From Candidatus Hermodarchaeota archaeon (GTDB lineage Archaea; Asgardarchaeota; Heimdallarchaeia; Hodarchaeales; Hodarchaeaceae): a stretch of DNA of 32,000 bases. Each line of letters starts with the position of its first letter. Within the stretch, counting starts at the first letter, position 1. Below, piece by piece: positions 29,601-32,000 of this stretch. The notes under the pieces were generated by a model that worked only from the letters and a program-made list of their open reading frames with translations, had not been told where the DNA came from and made no database searches. A program made the position numbers and the translations under genes. Location of the stretch: NCBI GenBank assembly GCA_048886185.1, contig JBHLKY010000015.1, positions 70,298 to 102,297 of the forward strand, read 5' to 3'.

Positions 29601-31998
29601 CTGACCCATTGTATTCTGGAGTAGTAGTGGTTTGGTTGGCCTCTGTTATGACATCAGGAGCATATGAATCTATAACTGTGAACGATAATTCCTGGCTATA
29701 AGCAGTATTTCCTACAGAATCGTTATACCCGATTATCCACCTATAGACCTGATTGTAAATCAGCATTGAGTCTATAAAAGTGTAGGATTGTGTTTCAGTG
29801 ATGTTCACGACACTAAAAGTTACCCAATTATCTAGTGTATAATTAATCCAAACTGTATCAATCCCACTAGCATCTGGAGGTTCAGTTATTTGAATCGATG
29901 CGATTACTGATCCATTATATTCTGGAGTAGTAGTGGTTTGGTTGGCCTCTGTTATGACATCAGGAGCATATGAATCTATAACTGTGAACGATAACTCCTG
30001 ACTAAATGCGGTATTCCCTGCAGAATCATTGTACCCGATTATCCATCGGAAAATTTCACTATAATTTAACATTTCGGCCATAAACGTAAATGATTGTGTA
30101 TCTGTAATATTCACAACTGTATAGCTGACCCAGTTATCCCATGTGTAATTTATCCAAACTGTGTTGATTCCACTAGCATCTGAAGGTTCGTTCACACTAA
30201 TTGAGGTTTCAACTGTACCATTGAATTCTGGTGCATTAGTAGTTTGATATGGTGCTGTTGTTACATCAGGAGCATAAGAATCAATCACTATGAAGGAAAA
30301 TATCTGACTGAAACCTGTATTACTGATTGTATCATTAAATCCTATTAACCAATTGTATGTCTGATTATACTTTAACACCCCCTCTGTAAATGTGAATGTT
30401 TGAGAAGTGGTTATATTCTCAATTATGAAGCTCACCCAGTCATCTGTAGTATAATTGATCCAGACAGTATTCAAACCAGCAGCATCTGCTGGTTCACTAA
30501 TTCCAATTGTTATATTCACTGTATCATTGAAATCAGGAGTATTTGTAGTTTGTGTTGGTGCAATTGTGATGTCAGGTGCATAAGTATCAACGACAGAGAA
30601 ATTAAACTCCTTACTATCTTGAGTATTGCCTTCAAAGTCAGTATATCTGATAAACCATTGATAAAATTGATTATACTCTAGCATTCCTTTGGGAAACATA
30701 AAAGATTGAGTAAGTGTAATATCAGTGACCGTATAAGAAAACCAATTATTAGAAGTATAGTGGATCCACACCTTATTTAACCCACTAGCATCTAAAGGTT
30801 CCTCCACTAGAATAGAAGCTGTCACCGTACCATTAAATTCAGGTGTAGAAGTTGTTTGGTTTGCAGCAACAATAACAGTAGGAACATAACTATCTATTAC
30901 AATGAATGAAAGCTCTTCGCTAAATGCAGTATTACCTGCAGTATCATTATACCCGATTATCCATTGATATATCTGATTATATTCTAGTATCCCAGCTGAA
31001 AAAATGAATGCTTGTGTCAAGGTTATATTAACTAAAGTTGAATCAATCCAATTATTTGATGTGTAATTTATCCATACAGTATCGATTCTTGCAGCATCGG
31101 GTGGTTCGTACACCTGAATGGATGCAAGGACACTTTGGTTGTATTCAGGCATTGTAGTGTTCTGATTGGCTGCCACCGTAACAGTAGGAACAAAGGAATC
31201 CACAACAGTAAATGAAAGTTCGTTGCTATATCCTGTATTACCATAAGAGTCATTATAGCCAATTACCCATTGATATGTTAAATTATAATCCAACATTGAG
31301 TCTGTAAAGGTGAAAAATTGCGTCTCGGTGATATTCACGATAGTAAAGGTTACCCAATCATTTAAGGTGTAATTAATCCAAACTGTATCTATTCCCGCGG
31401 CATCTGGTGGCTCACTTACCTGAATAGTTGTCAACACGCTTTGGTTGTATTCAGGAGTAGTATTATTCTGATTGGCTGCAAACTCGACTGTGGGGGCGAA
31501 AGAATCAACCACTGTAAACCAAAATTCCTCACTGAAGCCAGTATTCCCTATGGTATCATTATAACCTATTTTCCACTGATATGTTAAGCTATAATTCAGC
31601 ATTGAGGCTACAAAGGTGAAGGATTGCGTGGTGGTGATATTTACAACAAAAAAGGTTACCCAATCATTGAAGGTATAGTTAATCCAGACAGTGTTTAGTC
31701 CCGCGGCATCTGATGGCTCACTTACCTGAATAGCTGTCAGCACGCTTTGGTTGTATTCAGGAGTCGTGGTGTTCTGATTGGCTGCCACCGTAACAGTAGG
31801 AACAAATGAATCCACAACAGTAAATGAAAGTTCGTTGCTATATCCTGTATTACCATAAGAGTCATTATAGCCAATTACCCATTGATATGTCAAATTATAA
31901 TCCAACATTGAGTCTGTAAAGGTGAAAGATTGCGTCTCGGTGATATTCATGACACTAAAGGTTACCCAGTTATTTGTAGTATAGTTGATCCAGACAGT
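11644..31998 (-). CDS. Giant repeat-rich surface glycoprotein/adhesin-like protein (>6780 aa), 5'-partial
   Basis: Uninterrupted frame that stays open to the window edge (TVWINYTTNNWVTFSV precedes the track 'start'). 53 tandem Ig-like repeats, one 90-aa IYxNGT Ig module (15667-15936), a parallel beta-helix region (~13870-15660), 7 more repeats, a TM PILLLGAFSVVVIVSFTASTLLL (11665-11733) and the tail KRKKNT. Confidence 0.95.
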   Translation of the reverse strand, partial: TVWINYTTNNWVTFSVMNITETQSFTFTDSMLDYNLTYQWVIGYNDSYGNTGYSNELSFTVVDSFVPTVTVAANQNTTTPEYNQSVLTAIQVSEPSDAAGLNTVWINYTFNDWVTFFVVNITTTQSFTFVASMLNYSLTYQWKIGYNDTIGNTGFSEEFWFTVVDSFAPTVEFAANQNNTTPEYNQSVLTTIQVSEPPDAAGIDTVWINYTLNDWVTFTIVNITETQFFTFTDSMLDYNLTYQWVIGYNDSYGNTGYSNELSFTVVDSFVPTVTVAANQNTTMPEYNQSVLASIQVYEPPDAARIDTVWINYTSNNWIDSTLVNITLTQAFIFSAGILEYNQIYQWIIGYNDTAGNTAFSEELSFIVIDSYVPTVIVAANQTTSTPEFNGTVTASILVEEPLDASGLNKVWIHYTSNNWFSYTVTDITLTQSFMFPKGMLEYNQFYQWFIRYTDFEGNTQDSKEFNFSVVDTYAPDITIAPTQTTNTPDFNDTVNITIGISEPADAAGLNTVWINYTTDDWVSFIIENITTSQTFTFTEGVLKYNQTYNWLIGFNDTISNTGFSQIFSFIVIDSYAPDVTTAPYQTTNAPEFNGTVETSISVNEPSDASGINTVWINYTWDNWVSYTVVNITDTQSFTFMAEMLNYSEIFRWIIGYNDSAGNTAFSQELSFTVIDSYAPDVITEANQTTTTPEYNGSVIASIQITEPPDASGIDTVWINYTLDNWVTFSVVNITETQSYTFIDSMLIYNQVYRWIIGYNDSVGNTAYSQELSFTVIDSYAPDVITEANQTTTTPEYNGSVIASIQITEPPDASGIDTVWINYTLDNWVTSSVVNINLTQSYIFTNLILEYGQIYHWIISYNDTLGNSASSKEFIFDVIDSYAPDIIKAANQTTSTPEYDENNTVTITIHEPSDASGIDTILLNYRINSGSWIEVDVTTTSNFTFTEDMLEYGQVYDWFFLFNDTAGNNEQTSTFSFTVVDETALEYSNLTQTSATPEYNSSNTVSVVVIDPGGASGVDTILLYYRINSGYWITVNVTETSNYTFTPSILFYGQVYTWYFWFNDTAGNNDQTTFESFTVTDSYVPEVEEAASQNTSILEYNETVVTSINVTEPDDASGLDTVWINYTINNWDTYKVVDITETQSFTFTPSIISFGQIYQWIVGYNDTAGNTDFSEELSFIIIDSYAPDVNEAATQTDSTPEYNETVRVSITISEPTNAAGIDTVWLNYTINDWNSFTIVNITSTQEYTFVSAMLKYDQIYHWIIGYNDTAGNTGYSNEFSFQVLDSYSPDVIIPASQTTATPEYNGTVVVSIQVAEPANASGLSSVWIHYTTNNWASYTVVDITPTQSFTFTEEILKYPDIYQWKIGFSDLEGNIKYCEEHAFTVIDSYVPDVDEPAAQTNNFPSYNDTVIASIGVSEPLDAAGLATVWINYTTDNWTTFSVVSITSTQSFTFIGGMLEYGQTYNWLIGYNDTLGNTALSEEFVFTVVDPYAPEVEITASQNTSNPEYNGTVTTSIQVSEPSDAAGLDTVWINYTTDNWVTYIVKNITETQSYIFTEGLLEYDQTYQWKIGYNDTIGNIAYSMEFTFTVVDSYAPDVLTYASQNSSTPEYNDTVYVFIQVEEPEDASGLDKVWIEYTTDNWDSTIVVNITQTQSFTFTSSMLNFGQTYEWVIGYRDNEGNTKYSSELSFIVIDSYAPDVEIGESQTSSTPEFNGSTVASINVIEPIDASGMDKVWINYSTNDWLSFTTEDISSTQSFTFPPEMLQYGQVYLWKIGFNDTEGNIAFSKELSFIVIDSFAPDIEVTASQTTSTPEYNSTVVTSILVSEPIDASGVDTVWISYTNDNWVTTIEENITITQTFIFTPEMLVFGQIYYWKIGFNDSIGNSGYTNEFSFIVIDSYAPDVITAPAQTTSTPEYNGTVEVSIQVDEPTDASGLDIIYINYTTNNWFSSTVVDITSLQRFTFTPEMLEYPQTYEWIINFNDTEGNTASSNKFTFTVVDSFAPDITVKANQSTSTPEYNGTVVASILVSEPIDASGVDTVWISYTNDNWVTTIEENITITQTFIFTPEMLVFGQIYYWKIGFNDSIGNSGYTNEFSFTVIDSYAPDVITTPAQTTSTPEYNGTVGVSIQVFEPNDASGLYKVWIYYTINNWDTYIVTDITPTQTFTFTGEILKFGELYQWFIRFRDFEGNTKDSQELSFTVIDSYSPDVISTASQTTSTPNFNDTVAVSIQVDEPIDASGIDTVWINHTLDNWQTFMVVNITTTQVFFFTEEFLKYNQICRWIIGYNDSQSNTAYSSEFFFTVIDEFAPDVIVEASQTTSTPEFNGTTTASIQVAEASDASGVDTIWMNYTLDNWLSYTVINITETQSFTFTEIMLEFDQIYQWRIGYNDTVGNTAFSKEFAFTVIDTFAPDVTIHASQTTSTPQYNDTVEVSIQVNEPTDASGVDVIWINYTLNNWQSYTVVNISQTQSFTFTEMMLKYDQIYQWRIGYNDTVGNTAFSEEFAFTVIDTFAPDVTTHASQTTSNPQFNDTVEASIHVSEPINASGMDTVWIIYTLDNWQSYTVVNITETQRFTFTEAMLEYDQTYKWRISYNDTAGNLAFTDEFVFIVIDNFAPDVIKDAEQTTATPEYDENNTVSITVSEPTDASGIDTILLKYRIDGGNWIEEDVTTTSNFTFTEDMLNYGQIYDWFFVFNDTAGNSAETSILSFTVVDKTALEYSDLSQTSATPEYNGSNTVSVVISDPDNVSEVDTILLYYNVNNGPWIEVDVTLTSNFTFTPGMLSYNQVYEWYFTFNDTAGNIDQTTVESFTVIDSYQPDIVEDAFQTTSYPEFNDTLSALISVEEPFNASGLDLVWINYTITNWNSFTVVDISGTQSFTFTEGMLKYNQIYQWRIGFNDTAGNTGYSNEFSFTVIDTYVPDVITEASQTDSTPEYNGTVEASIQVSEPSDASGLDTVWINYTTDDWINFIFLNITQTQSFTFTELMLEFGQTYRWKISYNDSAGNSEESLEYSFIVIDSHAPDVITASTQSTNTPEYNSTVIASIQVSEPSDASGLDRIWIYYTFQNWYSYTVADITSTQSFTFTEGMLEYNQFCQWFIRYSDLEGNTEDSSELSFIVIDSYAPDIITGPTQSTTNPEYNGTVHVSVTISEPDDAARLDTVWMNYTKNNWQSYTVVNITPTQDFTFNDTMLEFNQVYLWMIGYNDSIGNTGYSQQFSFTVIDSYAPDIIIAPTQTTSNPEYNGTVHVSVTISEPDDAAGLDSVWIKYTMDFWNSFTIEDISLSQTFIFTESMLEFDQTYLWQIWFNDTMNNMKSSSEFLFIVGDSYEPDVTMKASQSTSSPEYNDTVIASINVFEPADAAGLDTVWINYTLNNWEDFTVFDITETQAFIFTDAMLEYNQNYYWVISYNDSLGNMGYSDEFFFTVQDSYIPDVISVASQSTAYPEFNSSVVVSIDVSESSDASGVDTIWINYTTDSWDSFIIIDITLTEMFTFTEDMIEYGETYQWILGYNDTVGNTGFSDEFLFYVIDSFIPDVEVPITQSTFIPEFNETVTTSITVTEPGDAAGLDFIWINYTLDNWVSYIVKNITLTQSFTFTETMLKYSQIYRWYIGYNDTAGNTGYSNELSFTVIDTYAPDVIIDASQTDSNPEYNGTVEASIQVYEPINASGIDTVWINYTINDWLTFIIVDITTTQSFIFTEAILKYNQTYRWYIGYNDTVGNMGYSNKFSFTVIDTYAPDVIVKASQTDSTPEYNGTVEATIQVTEPSDASGMDTVWINYTIDDWNNFVVVNINQTQSFIFTAAMLEYNQIYRWIIGYNDSLGNIGYSEELSFTVVDSFAPDVIIPASQTTFNPQYNASVIASINVNEPVDASGFKRLWIHYTTDNWSSYTVAEITTLQIFIFTSNMLRFNQKYQWIMRYTDFAGNIAYSEELSFIVIDSYAPDVIVEASQTTSTPEFNDTVTASIQVTEPEDACGINTIWINYTINNWINFTIVNITSTQRFTFAEEMLEYPQIYSWVISYNDTIGNTGSSSEFTFVVIDTYVPDVLIRANQNTSRPEFNNSVIASIQVVEPGDASGVDTVWINYTIDDWLNYMLVDISLTQDFIFNEAILVYGQKYQWVIGYNDSAGNTAFSKELSFEVIDSYAPDVISSAIQSTATPEFNSTVTTSITVIEPGNASGIDSIWINYTLDNWVTFTVVNITSTQTFIFTAEMLKFDQTYNWIIGYNDTAGNKAFSEAFLFTVIDSYAPDIEEIAQQTTASPEYDGSNTISIVVNEPSDAAGVDTVLLFYSLNSESWTEVDVTLTSYFIFTEEMLNYGDIYDWRFWFNDTEGNSAETTNYSFYVDDYTAPIYSMLEQTTETPEYNGSNTVSVNVFEPIDASGVDTIILKYRINSGMWIEIDVTSTSNFTFTEAILNYGDIYDWRFWFNDTEGNNDETEILTFTVTDNTSMEYTNLTQTSSTPEYNGSNTVSVMVSDPGNASGVDTILLCYRVNTGSWVEIDVTSTSNFTFTPDMLTFGQKYMWYFKFNDTAGNSDQTTIESFTVIDSYLPNVEDAASQTTSTPEFNGSVTASILVTEPLDASGVNTVWINYTTDNWETFMIENITSTQSYTFSNEILSYGEMYRWKIVFIDNAGNNDSSEEFSFSVIDSYSPDLITSAAQTTITPEYNGSVIASIIVSEPGDASGVDTVWINYSTDNWATSTTVNITETQTFVFTDSLLFYNQVYQWVILYNDTAGNTASSEEHSFSVIDSYIPDLITPAAQTTTSPEYNGTVIASITVSEPGDASGVDTVWIKYSTDNWATSTMVNITKTQTFVFTDSLLFYNQVYQWVILYNDTVGNTASSEEHSFSVIDSYIPDLITPAAQTTTTPEYNGTVIASITVSEPGDASGVDTVWINYTIDNWNNFLVINITETQTFIFTDTNLEYGQIYRWIIAYNDTAGNFATSNEFTFTVIDSYSPDVSITPSQTTSTPDYNGTVIASIVVAEPSDAAGIDTIWINYTSNNWQSFTVANISKTQYYTFNESLLVFGQTFQWIIGYNDSIGNYAISSEFSFVVIDSYAPDVEIKPVQTDSTPEFNGSTSVSILVTESFDASGVDTVWINYTINNWQTFTIVEITTTQSFTFNDLMLFYGQVYKWKIGYNDTVGNIAFSNEFSFEVVDNFVPEIIEPPNQVANTPEYDEINTVSIVVSEESDASGVDKILLYYRINNDSWEEVDCSTTSSYTFADLAYNQSYEWYFWFNDTAGNNDQSIKQFFNVIDNTVPSFSDLTQTSVKPEYDESNTVSVTITEPQDASGVDTILLYYRINFMSWIIVDVTETSTYTFTEEMLTYGQIYNWYFWYNDTAGNSDDTSHYVGFKSFYVEDLTVPNINHPFDVTISEGVTDTELSWLPNDVYPSSYVIYQNGTVILSGPWNGSSIDLQITELPIGDYNYTLIVFDQKNNQAKDTVWLSVVKHFNLPSMGDWIIENHTIILENDILTLNGNLLILKNGTLTLRNITVYMTYISSSQSRIEIFKGGSLTIETGSSITSIDSTNSYQIKVKNGSSFRMNSSSISYCGNASSEFGSLWINTDGVQITNSYFINNYYPLILDHASNCLIKDNTFKNNYFGLYLRNSSNNNLYSNTFINISFNGITLSHSTNNVIQENQINNIEHSGDLIKNPYSLGNIGTGIYLYYSDDNYITFNSITDISGGIGEGTNDTNSSGGNDGIGAGIFLSNSHDNYFSFNLITDITGGMGGAANGSYSSGGNGGIGTGIYLSNSTKNRFYSNWINDIIGGIGGTADSSYGSGGNGGIGAGIYFSNSTENLLRYNNINNIMEAIGGRGNVNGTKGSAFGIFLENNSFNNLLQTNRLDYNLIIYLFGQADTVIEGYTLTAQSNPTNLGKIVLINCHNITVMNNIISNYQGAAGATGASTIPGYLGESGVAIFLLNSENIIIKNNTIKNIKGGIGGTGGYQASGGSGGVGIGIYLLNSTYNIIQNNIVSDIIGGIGGEGGYASSNGPGGNSTSIYLVNSSYNSISSVIFNIKPGLGNPDGNHEYLQFNYYSENNIWIYQETAEVNYDLDHIVFFGVENISNIDTCLLYYRVDDETWTSINISTSHNFMFYSDLLFYGQIWECYYWINETSGFSHQTPILFFIITDIGPRLYSEVNQTNSLPEYTEFNTVFIIPDEPEGSSGIDTILLFYQVDNGAWLMVDVTTMKNYTFTSDMFIYGQFYKWYFLINDLAGNSNTTAIYSFSVVDKTSPTYTNPTQTNTHIEYDETNIVEVNVIESDQASGVETILLYYQVNNNGSWIFVDVSDTSSYIFTADMLSYNQNYDWYFWFNDTAGNSNLTATQSFIIIDTTAPTFSDLFQQNTTIPQGSEDPFQEDTVIQYCESNTVSVDISEPEDASGVDTVLLYYRVNNEAWKHIDVSYIQNYTFKASMLTFSQVYDWFFWFNDTAGNYGSTDILSFTVIDTIAPVAGHLTEGHPEYDADFTVSVNLIEPEDASGVDTILLYYRHNNHDNNLWLDPIDVSNTANYTFDNKALIYPDFYDWYFWFNDTAGNSNQTIIYTFTVTDNTPPSFLSMQQDISPLEYDKSATISIVIAEPTDASGVDEIYFYYKDNSTSSKWLNALVTENQSFRIDSSLLVYGHVWVWYFWYNDTAGNNDTTKTMSSTVRDFNPPSYSKINQTEEVLTAGMNNTISIVVWEPKDASGIEKVLLWYRHEDQGEASWSSLDITKSRSHTFNHDELEDGTYYWYLEIKDRAGNVVETAKESFQVIVEEVIFDPILLLGAFSVVVIVSFTASTLLLKRKKNT
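11750..13860 (-). repeat. Membrane-proximal array of 7 more divergent Ig-like repeats
   Basis: Same family, 'TILLYY...WYFWFNDTAGN' subtype, with length variation and insertions. The first copy is degenerate. Confidence 0.9.
15937..31998 (-). repeat. Tandem array of 53 Ig-like coding repeats, mostly 306 bp (102 aa), some 297-312 bp
   Basis: Consensus D-S-Y-A-P-D-V...Q-T-T-S-T-P-E-Y-N-G-T-V...E-P-x-D-A-S-G-x-D-T-V-W-I-N-Y-T...W...N-I-T-x-T-Q-S-F-T-F...Y-x-W-x-I-G-Y-N-D-T-x-G-N...F-T-V-I. Boundaries were checked against DNA at 31812, 30894, 29364, 25701, 24171, 20508, 19284 and 16545. Confidence 0.95.
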
Positions 31999-32000
31999 GT

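Noticed and set aside
17442-31262. Short ORFs overlapping the giant gene (e.g. 17442/17748, 23530, 24289, 24745, 25819/26431, 28267, 30400, 31068)
   Set aside because: They are shadow frames that recur at repeat offsets (306 or 612 bp) and have no independent protein features.
31948-31950. ATG start of the giant ORF given by the track
   Set aside because: It falls mid-repeat, the frame continues to the window edge and there is no signal peptide.
15937-31998. CRISPR array
   Set aside because: The repeats are ~300-bp in-frame coding units without unique spacers; no cas genes.
3-31998. LapA/LapG-like shedding of the giant protein by the S8 protease
   Set aside because: Only co-location supports it. 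The genes are 7 kb apart on opposite strands and no cleavage motif is identifiable.

Overview
AT-rich window, almost entirely devoted to cell-surface proteins. It is probably archaeal and possibly Asgard/Heimdallarchaeia-like. That is inferred only from a PGF-CTERM sorting signal, GGTGA-type RBSs, dense N-glycosylation sequons and 'IYxNGT' Ig-like stalk modules; no marker gene is present. Plus strand, in order: a 5'-truncated membrane-anchored S8 subtilase (>1540 aa); a 1.5 kb intergenic region with a long hairpin, a 15-bp inverted repeat pair around an AT-rich 1 kb segment and a candidate structured leader; two secreted proteins sharing an N-terminal motif, the second PGF-CTERM anchored; a decayed class-III aminotransferase fragment; a membrane protein with a large coiled-coil tail; and two tandem paralogous membrane proteins. 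The minus strand carries one 5'-truncated giant ORF (>6780 aa, >20 kb). It has about 60 Ig-like repeats of 99-114 aa (mostly 102), a Gly-loop beta-helix and a C-terminal TM anchor. Its repeats form a 17-domain, 5193-bp super-repeat. No tRNA, rRNA, CRISPR array, transposase or recombinase was seen. All assignments are by eye; no searches were run.
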